DNA of 64,000 bases from the NCBI GenBank assembly GCA_963850305.1, contig CAWKKR010000007.1, forward strand, positions 640,001 to 704,000, written 5' to 3'. The stretch comes from an uncultured delta proteobacterium. Its GTDB lineage: Bacteria; Myxococcota_A; Polyangia; Polyangiales; Polyangiaceae. Shown here one piece after another: positions 9,931 through 19,697 of this stretch (position 1 is its first letter; every line of letters begins with the position of its first letter). The position numbers were made by a program, and so were the translations under genes. The notes beneath the pieces were generated by a model. The model saw only the letters and a program-made list of their open reading frames with translations, had not been told where the DNA came from and ran no database searches.

Positions 9931-11217
9931 GTGGAGTATCTCATTGTCGTGGACGCCCCGGCTTTTCGCGTCTCCGGCTCCTCCTTTGCGACCGAGAGCG
10001 CGTTCGCTCGACATCTGAGGTTGCTTGCTTCGCGGCTCGCTCCAGCGTTCGACAGGCTGCGTCTCGCGGCGCCCGCGATGCCGCGGGCGCGCTACGAAGC
10101 GGAGAAAGTGCACCTCGCCGAAGTCCACGAAGAGGAAGGCATCTCCTTCATCCCCATGCAGGAGCTCGGAGCGCCGTTCTTCGAGTACCTCGGGCGTGCG
10201 CCGCGCGCGTGGCGTACGCTGTGGGAGAGCGTGCGGCGCTCCGACGTCGTGCATTCGGGACTGAGCTCGGATCTCGCGCGACCGCTCGGCTTCGTCGCAA
10301 CGCTCGCGGCGGTGATCCAGAACAAGCCGGCGACCTTCGTCGTGGACATCGACTTCAGAGAGTCGGCGCGGATGAACTATCGGACGAAGCGCTGGTCATT
10401 GAAGAGCTATTTGCTCTGCCGGCACGTGTACGATCCGCTGCGCGTCGCGCAGATCCGCTTCGCGATCCGGCATTGCTCCCTCGTGCTCCTGAAGAGTCGG
10501 CGGATGGTCGAGGCGTTCGGGGGTGGCGAGTCGCACGTGAAGGATTTCCTCGATGCCGCGCATTCGGAGGAGCACGTGATCGGTGCCGACGATATTCGTC
10601 GCCGCGAGGCGCGGCTCGATCGTCGGGACGAACCGCTGCGACTCGTCTATTTCGGCAGGCTCGTCGGTTACAAGGGTGTCGATCGCGCGATCGTCGCTCT
10701 CTCGATGGCGCGCCGTCGGTCGGGGCGAGACTTCACCCTCGACGTGATCGGCGCCGGAGAAGAGGAACCGAATCTCCGGCGGCTCGCGGGGAGTCTCGGC
10801 CTTGCCACGCGGGTGGCGTTTCGCGGAGCCATCCCGTACGGCCCCGTGTTGTTCGATGCACTGTGCCGCGCCGATCTCGCGGTCGCGACGCCGCTAGCCG
10901 AGGACACGCCGCGCAGCGCGATCGATGCCTTCGCCGCGGGGATCCCCATCGTTGCGTTCGACCTCTCTTATTATCGCGATCTGGCACGCGGGGGCGCGGT
11001 TCTCGTCGCGCCCTGGCTCGACGTCAGGGCAGTCGCGGAAGGCATCCTCGAGCTCGATGAAGAGCGTGACCGCCTGAAAACGATGATCCGAAGCGCCGTC
11101 GAGTTCGCTCGAAGGAACACCCAGGAGATCTGGCTCGAACGCCGCGTCGCGTGGACGGTTGCGTGCACCAGAGCGCGCTCCCCAGAGTCCTCGTCACCTC
11201 CGAGGCTCGACGGTTAA
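9931..11217 (+). CDS. Glycosyltransferase, GT4 family (GT-B)
   Basis: YFGRLVGYKG, VIGAG and EDTPRSAIDAFAAGIPIV C-terminal GT4 motifs. Confidence 0.8.
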   Translation: MEYLIVVDAPAFRVSGSSFATESAFARHLRLLASRLAPAFDRLRLAAPAMPRARYEAEKVHLAEVHEEEGISFIPMQELGAPFFEYLGRAPRAWRTLWESVRRSDVVHSGLSSDLARPLGFVATLAAVIQNKPATFVVDIDFRESARMNYRTKRWSLKSYLLCRHVYDPLRVAQIRFAIRHCSLVLLKSRRMVEAFGGGESHVKDFLDAAHSEEHVIGADDIRRREARLDRRDEPLRLVYFGRLVGYKGVDRAIVALSMARRRSGRDFTLDVIGAGEEEPNLRRLAGSLGLATRVAFRGAIPYGPVLFDALCRADLAVATPLAEDTPRSAIDAFAAGIPIVAFDLSYYRDLARGGAVLVAPWLDVRAVAEGILELDEERDRLKTMIRSAVEFARRNTQEIWLERRVAWTVACTRARSPESSSPPRLDG

Positions 11218-12917
11218 GGCTCGGTCGCGCCGGACGTGCAGCCGTTAGACGGTCTCGGCTCGCCGCGCTGATCCGTCGCAGGACACCCGGACCCTTTTCC
11301 GATCGCGGGGCTGCCCGTTGCGGGAAGAATCGTCAGCGTCGGTCCCCCGTTGTCGGCGAGAGTGCCAAGATCGATGTCGGCGAACGTGGTCGTCGGGGTG
11401 CATTTCTGATCCGCACCGGTGCAAACGACGTGCGTCGCAGGCCACTGCAGGTTTCCGTCGCCCGTGCTGTTTCCATCCTGACACGCCATCGGCGCGCCGC
11501 AGTCCTTCGATGTGTCGTTCGCGAAGAGTGTGTTCGTGATCGTGAGTGTGGGGTCTCCGGCAATGGCGGCGCCGAACAGACCGGAGCCGCCCTCAGCCTC
11601 GTTGTTCGCGAAGGTGCAGTTCAGGAGCGAGCCGCCGTTGCCGAACAGAGCGATCGCGCCGCCGAGGCCGTCCGTCGCCGAATTTCCGGAGAACGTCACA
11701 TTCGTGAAATCGAGATCCGAGCCGTCGGCCTGGATCGCGCCCGAGCCCTTCGCGGAGTTGTTCGATAGCGTCGACGCAGTGATCGCCAGCTTGGAATTGT
11801 GGAAGTACATCGCACCGCCGCTGCTCGCCTGGTTCCCGTCGAAGGTGGAGCGATCGAACGTCGTCGTGCGCTCCTGTCCGTCCGGCGTGCGTCCGATGGC
11901 GCCGCCGAGTTCGTTGGCCACGTTGTTGCGGAAGGTGAGTCCGCAGAAGAGGTCGTCGCCATCGTCACCGCCGTCGATGGCGATGGCGCCGGCGTTGCCG
12001 CCGTTCCCGGATTCCCCGCCGCGCACGGCGCACTTCGAGTCGATGTAGTTCTCTCCGGTGCCGAGGGCCTCGTTGCCGGTGAACGTACTGTTCACGACTT
12101 GGAGGTCGGAGTTAAGCATGTACAGGGCGCCGCCGTTGGCGCCGCTATTGTCTTCGAATACGCTCCCCTGCACGATGACGCCGAGCGAGCCGAGTGCGTA
12201 CACCGCGCCGCCGACGTCCGGGCCCGTATCCGGCGCGCGGTTATGTTCGAACACCGAATCGATCACGTGGAGGATGCCGTCTCTGAGATAGAGGACCGAG
12301 CCGCCCCCGTCCGTGTCGGTTCCCTGAGAGCAAGGCGCGGGCGCGGCCGGGATCTGGGTCCCCGAGGACTTCCCGTTCACGAACGTCAGCCGTTCCAGGG
12401 TCACGGTCGTGTTGTTCTTTCGGTAGTCCCCGTGGTCGAAACCGAGGATTCGCGTCGCCCCGCCTCCGTCGAGGGTCACGTCACCGCCCCCGTCGATCGT
12501 CGTGTCCAGGCTGGTGGAAAGGTCGATCTGTTGCGTGATCGAAATGGTCACCTTGCCGCCGCAGTCGAACGCCACGACGCCGCCGCTGGCGACCGCGGTT
12601 CGCAGCGCCGCTTCGGTGCAGCTCGTGGCGCTGCCCGTTCCGACCACGTGATCCGCATGAGAAGCGTCCACGAGGGTCAGCGGCACGGCGCAGATACTCG
12701 ACGAGGCTCCTCCATCGACCACGTTCGTCGAGCCGCCGCTGCCCGTGGCGCCACCGCCCGTGGTTGCGCCGGCCGCGCTCGCGCTGCCACCCGCGCTCGC
12801 ACCGCCACCCGCGCTCGCACCGCCCGTGCCTGCGTCCCCGTGGTCCGTGCCGCTGCTTCCGCATGCGACGATGAGCCCGGTCGCGAGCGCCACCAGGTAT
12901 TTTCCTCCGCACTGCAT
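11214..12917 (-). CDS. Lipoprotein with polymorphic-membrane-protein-like beta-helix repeats and choice-of-anchor-Q-like C-terminus
   Basis: Lipobox LIVAC, Gly linker, repeated FxxN...GGA(I/L/M) units, C-terminal LADNGGPTLT...SPAIG...DQRG...GATE; likely start 12917. Confidence 0.75.
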   Translation of the reverse strand: MQCGGKYLVALATGLIVACGSSGTDHGDAGTGGASAGGGASAGGSASAAGATTGGGATGSGGSTNVVDGGASSSICAVPLTLVDASHADHVVGTGSATSCTEAALRTAVASGGVVAFDCGGKVTISITQQIDLSTSLDTTIDGGGDVTLDGGGATRILGFDHGDYRKNNTTVTLERLTFVNGKSSGTQIPAAPAPCSQGTDTDGGGSVLYLRDGILHVIDSVFEHNRAPDTGPDVGGAVYALGSLGVIVQGSVFEDNSGANGGALYMLNSDLQVVNSTFTGNEALGTGENYIDSKCAVRGGESGNGGNAGAIAIDGGDDGDDLFCGLTFRNNVANELGGAIGRTPDGQERTTTFDRSTFDGNQASSGGAMYFHNSKLAITASTLSNNSAKGSGAIQADGSDLDFTNVTFSGNSATDGLGGAIALFGNGGSLLNCTFANNEAEGGSGLFGAAIAGDPTLTITNTLFANDTSKDCGAPMACQDGNSTGDGNLQWPATHVVCTGADQKCTPTTTFADIDLGTLADNGGPTLTILPATGSPAIGKGSGCPATDQRGEPRPSNGCTSGATEP

Positions 12918-13026
12918 GACCGCAGAGCTTCTCACCGTTCCCGTGTATCCGGCAACCAGACATGCCGCGTACATGTGGGAGCGTCCGGCGCGTCCAAAAA
13001 ATGCCGGCGCGACTGGATGACGTCGG

Positions 13027-14115
13027 TCACTCGCGCGTACGGCGAAGTGCCTCGGACAGGGACGTCGCGAGTTGTTCCGGGCGCGGGGCGTCCCCGTGGG
13101 ACGCCTCGAGCAACTTCGCGAGTACGGTGATGTACGACTGCCCGAGTGTCGTCGTGACCGTCGCGGCCGTCGCGCCCGAGATTGCGCCGCCGATGGCGCT
13201 GCCGACCCCGGGAACCAGCTTGAACAAGCCGGCCACGATGGCCCGGCCCGCCACCGTGGCGCCCACCGTGCCCGTGACGGAGCTTATCAGCGTCCCGTAA
13301 AATGCGTCGTCGAGATCGAGCCCGAAGGTGGAGCTGATCCCGACGAGCATTCCGATCTGAAGCGGCACGAGCAGGGCCGCGTCGGCGAACGGAATCGGCG
13401 TGGCGCCCACGGTCGCGGCGGCCGCGGCGGCGCCGGCGACCACGGCACGCGCGCGCTGGCGCTTCAATGCCAGGCTGACCCGTTGCGCCGCGACGAATGC
13501 GGTCCGCTGCCCCTCCGGAATGACGGTCATGGTGACGTCGACGAGTTCCGACAGGCCGCGCGCCGGCAGCTCGATCCCGTCGTCCAGGGTCTCCGGTAGC
13601 GCGCGCACCGAGACGACGTTTGCTGACCGCGGCAAGAGCCGCTGGACTTCCACGCGAAACCCCTTATCGGAACGCGCCTTCGTCACGACCGCAATGACGG
13701 GGATCTCATTTTTTGCGAGAAGCTCGACGAGCGCGCACTCCCCGTCGTCGACGCGGCGCGAGTCTTCCGTGATGCACAACCAGGCGCAGTGGACGTGGCG
13801 ACTCGGGTCAGCGTCACGGCGGCGTGTAGTGACCAGACGCTCGAGCTCGGATAGCGTCTCGCGGAACTTGTCGAGTTCGAGCCCGCGCGAATCGATGAGC
13901 GAGATGGGCACGCCGGGCTTGGTGTATTCGCGGATCTCGCGTGTCACCGGACGCCCTTGCCCCGTCTGGGCGAGCTGGCCCTGGAAGACTGCGTTGATGA
14001 GAGTGCTCTTTCCGACCCCGCTCCGGCCGGCGACGAGGATCGTGGCGTGACCGCGCTCCGCGAGAGCCTCCCTAACGCGCTCGCGGATCATCGCGCCGAG
14101 GGCCGCGTCTATCAT
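13027..14115 (-). CDS. P-loop GTPase with C-terminal DUF697/YcjF-like membrane hairpin
   Basis: GRSGVGKST (G1), DSRG (G3), TKAR (G4); C-terminal TPIPFADAALLVPLQIGML hydrophobic region; likely start 14115. Confidence 0.8.
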   Translation of the reverse strand: MIDAALGAMIRERVREALAERGHATILVAGRSGVGKSTLINAVFQGQLAQTGQGRPVTREIREYTKPGVPISLIDSRGLELDKFRETLSELERLVTTRRRDADPSRHVHCAWLCITEDSRRVDDGECALVELLAKNEIPVIAVVTKARSDKGFRVEVQRLLPRSANVVSVRALPETLDDGIELPARGLSELVDVTMTVIPEGQRTAFVAAQRVSLALKRQRARAVVAGAAAAAATVGATPIPFADAALLVPLQIGMLVGISSTFGLDLDDAFYGTLISSVTGTVGATVAGRAIVAGLFKLVPGVGSAIGGAISGATAATVTTTLGQSYITVLAKLLEASHGDAPRPEQLATSLSEALRRTRE

Positions 14116-14200
14116 GGGTCGAGGAATCGTACGGTCGGCGTCGGGACGTGTCGAGGCGGAACGCGACCCGTCGAGCGAACCGGCGACGCTGCCGCGGGGC

Positions 14201-14842
14201 ATGAGTGGTATCTTACGTGCCGGCGCCGCGGCGCCCGGAAAGATCGCTTTGGCGGAGCTCGGAAAGATCAAAGGCGTCGCGTTCGGAGAGTTTCTTCTCT
14301 GGTACGAACGCGCCCACGGTCGCGCGGCGGTGGAGTCGGCCGTCGAAGCTGCCGAAGCCCGTCACGCGGAGGGCCTGGAGCCGCGCCGTGCCGGGTTCGG
14401 CGTTCTCGCGTCACGCTGGTATCCGGCCGCGCTCGTCCACGAGTTGGTCGACGCTCTGACGCACGGAAGGACCCCGGCCGAGCTCGAGGCCATGGCCAGC
14501 GACGCCGCGGATCACATCATGGGCCGGACGCTGCGCGGCGTGTACCGCGCCGTGTTCTCGATGTTCGGCACGCCGGAACGCTACCGGCGCTACATCGGCA
14601 AGCTCTGGAGCATGCATTACGACACGGGCACCGTGACGGTGCTCGCGCCGGAGCCGGGCCTTCATCGCGTCCTCTACGCCGGTTGGGCCGGCCATCATCC
14701 GTTCATCTGCCGGATGAACATGGCATCGTCGAGGACGATTTACGGTGCCATGGGTTGCAAGAGCGTCGTCTACGAGCGTACGCGCTGTCTCTCGGAGCAT
14801 TCAAGGGAATGCGAGAACACCGTCCGCTGGTCGAGCTCGTGA
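14201..14842 (+). CDS. Myxobacterial DUF2378/V4R-like hypothetical protein
   Basis: KIKGVAF, VLASRWYPA, LWSMHYDTG and C-terminal C..C..VRW pattern resembling myxobacterial HNOB/V4R-like paralogues; start uncertain (14114 or 14201). Confidence 0.55.
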   Translation: MSGILRAGAAAPGKIALAELGKIKGVAFGEFLLWYERAHGRAAVESAVEAAEARHAEGLEPRRAGFGVLASRWYPAALVHELVDALTHGRTPAELEAMASDAADHIMGRTLRGVYRAVFSMFGTPERYRRYIGKLWSMHYDTGTVTVLAPEPGLHRVLYAGWAGHHPFICRMNMASSRTIYGAMGCKSVVYERTRCLSEHSRECENTVRWSSS

Positions 14843-14861
14843 CGGCGGGGTGCTCTATCCA

Positions 14862-15665
14862 TCATCGCATGAGGAAGAGCACGGCCGCCCCGAGCAGAAT
14901 GCGGTAATAGCCGAATGGCTCGAGCCCTCTGCTCTTCAAGTATCGCAGAAAGCCGGCGATGACGGCCCAGGCGACGAAGAACGACACCACGAGCCCGATG
15001 ACGAGCTCCGTTCCGATGCCGGGTACGAGCAGATCCTTCCGGCCCTTCCAGAATTCATAAAGTGTCGCGGCGCCGAGCGTGGGCAGCGCGAGCAGGAACG
15101 AGAACTCCGCGGCGGTCGCGGTGGAGAGCCCCGTCAATTGTCCCGCGACGATCGTGCACATGGACCGCGACGCTCCCGGAAAGAGCGACACGCACTGTCC
15201 GAGCCCCACGATGAAGCCACGCTTGGGCGTCACGTGAGCCAGACCCTCGAGACGCGGCGCGGAGCTCCGCGCCCGGACGCGCTCCAGCGCAATCATGACG
15301 ACCCCTCCGACGACCAGCGCGGCGGCGACGGGCAACGGGCCGAAGAGCCATCGCTTGATCGTCGAGCGAAGCAGCAGGCCGAGTATCGCCGTCGGGACGA
15401 ACGCCGCGAGGAGCGCGGTCGCGAGCGCAATGGCTTCCGGCTCCCGTCGAGTGAGCCCGACGAGGCGCGCCCCGAGCAGCTCACGATAATGGACGGCCAC
15501 CGCGAGGATCGCACCCAGCTGGATGACGATGTCGAATGACTTGGCTGCGTCCCCATCGGTCCCGAGCAGGTGACCGACGAGGATGAGATGACCCGTGGAC
15601 GAGACCGGCAGATACTCGGTGAGCCCTTCAACGATCCCGAGAACCGTCGCAACGAGCGGAGTCAT
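14862..15665 (-). CDS. uppP: Undecaprenyl-diphosphate phosphatase (BacA)
   Basis: LGIVEGLTEYLPVSSTGHL, IQLGAILAV, PGASRS and AAEFSFLLALP motifs. Confidence 0.96.
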   Translation of the reverse strand: MTPLVATVLGIVEGLTEYLPVSSTGHLILVGHLLGTDGDAAKSFDIVIQLGAILAVAVHYRELLGARLVGLTRREPEAIALATALLAAFVPTAILGLLLRSTIKRWLFGPLPVAAALVVGGVVMIALERVRARSSAPRLEGLAHVTPKRGFIVGLGQCVSLFPGASRSMCTIVAGQLTGLSTATAAEFSFLLALPTLGAATLYEFWKGRKDLLVPGIGTELVIGLVVSFFVAWAVIAGFLRYLKSRGLEPFGYYRILLGAAVLFLMR

Positions 15666-15728
15666 GGGCGCGTCTTAGCATTTCCTCCCCCGAAGCAATC
15701 CACCCGATGAATCGCTCCGACCTCGTTC

Positions 15729-15734
15729 TATACT
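15729..15734 (+). promoter_or_regulatory. Putative -10 box (TATACT) 7 nt before the GTG of the ABC transporter; leaderless-type
   Basis: TATACT-GGGCCGC-GTG(15742). Confidence 0.4.
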
Positions 15735-15741
15735 GGGCCGC

Positions 15742-17583
15742 GTGAGCGCCCGGATGGCAGGCATGCGGGCAGAGAGGTCCGCCGAGCCACCGCGCGCGAT
15801 GCACTTCCTGGGTGTGTTCCGCTACACGCGGCGCGCACTCGAGCTCGTGTGGACGACGAGTCGCTCCGTGACGATCGGGTTGGGGGCCCTGAGCGTCGCG
15901 TCCGGCCTATTGCCAGCGGCGATTGCCGTCGTGGGCAAGCACATCGTGGACGGCGTCGTCGCGGCGAGCGCCGGTCGTTCGCCGCTCGCCCGGCCGCTCG
16001 AATACGTCGTTGCCGAGCTGCTGCTCGTGGCGATGCTGGCCCTCGCCCAGCGGGTGTCCGGTGTCTGCGAATCGCTGCTACGAGCGCTCCTCGGGCAGCG
16101 AGTGAACGAGCTCATCCTGGAAAAGGCGCTCACCCTCGAGCTGACCGACTTCGAAGACTCCGAATTTTACGACCGGATGACGCGCGCCAGGCGCGAGGCG
16201 TCCTCGCGTCCGCTTAGCCTCGTGAAGCGCGCCTTCGGCCTCGCGCAGAACGGCATCTCGATGTTCGTGTACGGCGGGCTCCTGTTCCGGCTCTCGCCGT
16301 GGGCGGTGGCCGTGCTCGGCCTCGCCGCGATACCCGTCTTCGTCGCCGAGACACGGTTTTCGGAGGATGCCTTCCGCTTGTTTCGCTGGCGCGTGCCCGA
16401 GACCCGGCAGCAGGCCTACTTGGAGACGCTACTCGCGCGCGAAGATCATGCGAAGGAGGTCACTCTCTTTCGACTGGGCCCGCTCTTTCTCGCGCGCTAC
16501 CGCGCCCTCTTCGAGAAGCTCTACGGAGAGGATCGCGCCCTCACGTTGCGTCGCGGGTACTGGGGATTCGGCCTCGGGCTCCTCAGTACGCTGGCGTTCT
16601 ACGGCGCCTACGCGTGGATCATCGTCCGCACCGTCGCGCGCGCCATCACCCTTGGCGACATGACGATGTACCTGCTCGTGTTCAAGCAGGGTCAATCCGC
16701 GCTCTCGGCCATCCTTTCCGCCATCGGTGGGATGTACGAAGACAACCTCTATCTGTCGAATCTCTACGAATACCTCGAACACCAGTCGACGTCGCCTGGA
16801 GGCACCGCCGTTTCGGGTCCGGTGCCGAACGACGGGATTCGATTCGAGGCGGTCACGTTCGCATATCCGGGCGCGCCGTCGCCCTCGTTGCGCGACGTGA
16901 CGTTCCACATCCCACGCGGCGGCAAGCTCGCCCTCGTCGGCGAGAATGGTGCTGGCAAGACGACGCTGATCAAGCTCCTTACGCGCCTCTACAGCCCGAC
17001 CTCCGGACGTATCCTGCTCGATGGGCTGGACTTGCAAGAATGGAGCCCGGACGCTCTTCGCGATCGCATCGGAGTCATCTTTCAGGACTTCATCCGGTAC
17101 CAGTTGCTCGTGGGTGAAAACATCGGCGCGGGCGACGTCGATGCTTTCGCAGAGGAGGCGCGCTGGCGTCGTGCCGCGGAGATGGGCATGGCCGATCGCT
17201 TCGTGGAGAAGCTCCCGCGCGGCTACGCGACCCAGCTCGGCAAATGGTTCCTCGACGGTCAGGAGCTGTCGGTCGGACAGTGGCAAAAGATCGCGTTGTC
17301 CCGCGCGTTCATGCGAGAAAAAGCCGACATCCTGGTCCTCGACGAACCGACGTCTTCGATGGACGCGGAGGCGGAAGCGGAGGTATTCGAGCGGTTCCGC
17401 GGGCTCGCCGAGAGCCGGATGGGGATCGTCATTTCGCACCGGTTCTCCACGGTGCGGATGGCGGATCAAGTCGTCGTGCTCGACTCGGGAGCGGTCGTCG
17501 AACAGGGGACTCACGAGGAGTTGATGCAGAAGGCGGGGCGCTACGCGCGGCTCTTCAACCTGCAGGCGGACGGATACCGCTGA
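15742..17583 (+). CDS. ABC exporter, fused permease and ATPase
   Basis: N-terminal TMD; Walker A GENGAGKTT, signature LSVGQWQK, Walker B LVLDEPT, ISHR H-loop. Confidence 0.93.
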   Translation: MSARMAGMRAERSAEPPRAMHFLGVFRYTRRALELVWTTSRSVTIGLGALSVASGLLPAAIAVVGKHIVDGVVAASAGRSPLARPLEYVVAELLLVAMLALAQRVSGVCESLLRALLGQRVNELILEKALTLELTDFEDSEFYDRMTRARREASSRPLSLVKRAFGLAQNGISMFVYGGLLFRLSPWAVAVLGLAAIPVFVAETRFSEDAFRLFRWRVPETRQQAYLETLLAREDHAKEVTLFRLGPLFLARYRALFEKLYGEDRALTLRRGYWGFGLGLLSTLAFYGAYAWIIVRTVARAITLGDMTMYLLVFKQGQSALSAILSAIGGMYEDNLYLSNLYEYLEHQSTSPGGTAVSGPVPNDGIRFEAVTFAYPGAPSPSLRDVTFHIPRGGKLALVGENGAGKTTLIKLLTRLYSPTSGRILLDGLDLQEWSPDALRDRIGVIFQDFIRYQLLVGENIGAGDVDAFAEEARWRRAAEMGMADRFVEKLPRGYATQLGKWFLDGQELSVGQWQKIALSRAFMREKADILVLDEPTSSMDAEAEAEVFERFRGLAESRMGIVISHRFSTVRMADQVVVLDSGAVVEQGTHEELMQKAGRYARLFNLQADGYR

Positions 17584-17604
17584 CGCCGCTGCGGCCGGCC
17601 TCCT

Positions 17605-18423
17605 TCACTTGGACGCTACGGTATCGGCGGTCACGGGCTTTCCGATGCTCCACGCCGGATTCGCGCGGAGCGGCTTCTGCTCGTCGCCGAGGCGAAAGGC
17701 ACGCGCGACGTCGTTCGTCATCGGGTGAATCGACGGCAGGCCGTAGCAATGCAGACTGGGGGCTTCCTCGTTCGAGAAGCGGCCGCCGCCGTGGGCGCCG
17801 AGCTGGTGGCTCCAGACGTCCGTCAGAAGAACCACCTGCCCCCTCGCGTCCACGAGGTCCGACCGTGTCAACCGAACCGGATCGTGCGTGCCGTCGTCGG
17901 CGATGCCGCCGACGACGTCCAGGGTTCCGTCGGGGCGAATATCGTACTCCACCTTGGCGCCCTCGACGTCCGCGGGGCCGTAGAGAAAGTCCTTTGCACC
18001 GGGTAGAACGAACATGAAATGGCTGTAAACGGCGTCGGTCGCGAGCGCCGGTACGAGCGTGTAAGAGAGGATGTTGTTGCCCCAGGGCCGCTCGGTCGAC
18101 CAGTACACGAAGTAGCCCACCTCGAGCCTGTTCCCGATCCGGTTTGCCCGATAGAGGACGGTATCGCCCAGAGTTCCGGCGCTCCAGTGTCGCGAGCCCA
18201 CGCAGATCGACTGATGCTCGACGCGTGCGCCATCACCGGACGCGGCTCGCGTCGTCGTGGCTTCCGGCGCGCGCAGGGAGAGCGCGCTCTGAAATGAGGA
18301 TTCCACGCGCGGGTGTGCTTCCGGCCATTTCGGCTCCGCGGTGATGGCGGTGTAGGCTGCGATAGCTAGCACTGCCGCAGGCCAGGAAAGGGTGCTGTCG
18401 ATCATCGGGTGCAGCAAGGACAC
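17605..18423 (-). CDS. Hypothetical exported protein
   Basis: 272-aa ORF with an N-terminal hydrophobic segment, normal composition, and no competing plausible ORF. Confidence 0.6.
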   Translation of the reverse strand: MSLLHPMIDSTLSWPAAVLAIAAYTAITAEPKWPEAHPRVESSFQSALSLRAPEATTTRAASGDGARVEHQSICVGSRHWSAGTLGDTVLYRANRIGNRLEVGYFVYWSTERPWGNNILSYTLVPALATDAVYSHFMFVLPGAKDFLYGPADVEGAKVEYDIRPDGTLDVVGGIADDGTHDPVRLTRSDLVDARGQVVLLTDVWSHQLGAHGGGRFSNEEAPSLHCYGLPSIHPMTNDVARAFRLGDEQKPLRANPAWSIGKPVTADTVASK

Positions 18424-18713
18424 ATATCAGAAAAGTTCCTTTGCTTGTCGGTGACGGAATCGTTCGATCGTTCCCCCCCGCGTCTCTCGCACGAGGCACG
18501 ACGCGGTGCGGGACGCCAACCCTTCGGCGTGACGTCGGCGTCAGCGTCGCCGTTGACGTCGGCGGAACAACGTCAGCGCTTTCGGAGAAAGTCCGCGAAG
18601 CTCCAAATTAAATCGCGGCCCATCAGCCGCCTGCCTCCGCTTGCGGCATATCGGCCGCCGTGTGAGCGTCCGCGTCAAATGACGATCGCCGTGAGCCGAA
18701 AAGGGAGTCGCGT

Positions 18714-19688
18714 TTGATGCGCGCTGTCATAGTTGACCGCTTCATCGAGCCAGCGGCGCTTGGGGTCACGCAAGCGCCCGAACCCACACTGACGGATGAC
18801 ACGGTCCTCATCGACGTCCGCGCCGCCGGGTGCAACTTCTTCGACGCGCTCATCGTTCAGGGCAAATACCAGGAGAAGCCGCCCTTTCCGTTTTCGCCCG
18901 GCGGGGAAGTCGCTGGCGTCGTGTCGGCGGTCGGCCGTCACGTTCCACACCTGCGCGAAGGCGACCGTGTGATGGGTTATCTCGGGCACGGAGGATTTGC
19001 GGAGCGCGTCTCCGCTCACCCCGAGTCGCTCCACCTGATCCCGGACGGCATGTCGTTCGAGCTCGCGGCGGGGTTTCCGATCGTTTACGGCACCGCGTAC
19101 GCATCGGTGGCGCAGCGAGGCGCGGTCCGTCCCGGAGAGACCGTGGTCGTCACGGCCGCTGCCGGCGGCGTCGGGCTCGCCGCGGTGCAGATCGCGAAAG
19201 CCGTCGGGGCGAGGGTCGTCGCGCTGGCGAGCGGCGAGAAGCTTCAGGTCGCCCGCCACGCTGGGGCGGACGTCGTGATCGACTATCGCCTGGACGGCTG
19301 GGTCGATGAGCTCGGTCGCGCGACGGACGGCCGCGGCGCAGACGTCGTCGTCGAAAACGTCGGAGGCGACGTGTTCGAGGGAGTCATGAAGCACGTCGCC
19401 TGGGGCGCCCGCGTCGTCGTCGTGGGGTTTGCTTCCGGGCGCATCCCGGAGGTTCGCTTGAACCGTGTACTCCTCAAGCACATCGCGCTCGTCGGCGTGC
19501 ACTTCGGCCCGACTGCGCGTCACGAGCTTCACACCGTGCGCGAAAGCTTCCGCGCGCTTTCGTCGCTGTACCGCCAGGGCAAGATCGCTCCGCTCGTGTC
19601 GAAGACGTGGCCTCTCGAGCGCGTCGCGGAGGCCCTCGCGGCGCTCGGCGGTCGTCAGACCGTCGGGAAGATCGTGCTCACGCTCTGA
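18714..19688 (+). CDS. NADPH:quinone oxidoreductase family (MDR, zeta-crystallin-like)
   Basis: GCNFFD, GKYQEKPPFPFSPGGE, AAAGGVG, VVGFASG and GKIVL motifs. Confidence 0.92.
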   Translation: MMRAVIVDRFIEPAALGVTQAPEPTLTDDTVLIDVRAAGCNFFDALIVQGKYQEKPPFPFSPGGEVAGVVSAVGRHVPHLREGDRVMGYLGHGGFAERVSAHPESLHLIPDGMSFELAAGFPIVYGTAYASVAQRGAVRPGETVVVTAAAGGVGLAAVQIAKAVGARVVALASGEKLQVARHAGADVVIDYRLDGWVDELGRATDGRGADVVVENVGGDVFEGVMKHVAWGARVVVVGFASGRIPEVRLNRVLLKHIALVGVHFGPTARHELHTVRESFRALSSLYRQGKIAPLVSKTWPLERVAEALAALGGRQTVGKIVLTL

Positions 19689-19697
19689 GCGCGAGCG

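Noticed and set aside
14113..14116. Overlapping divergent start codons (CATG) of the GTPase and DUF2378-like genes
   Set aside because: The plus-strand gene more plausibly starts at 14201 or later; the overlap is likely an ORF-caller artefact.
18525..18580. TGACGTCGGCG / CGTCAGCG short repeats in a divergent intergenic region
   Set aside because: Short and GC-rich; could be a regulator site but cannot be distinguished from chance by eye.
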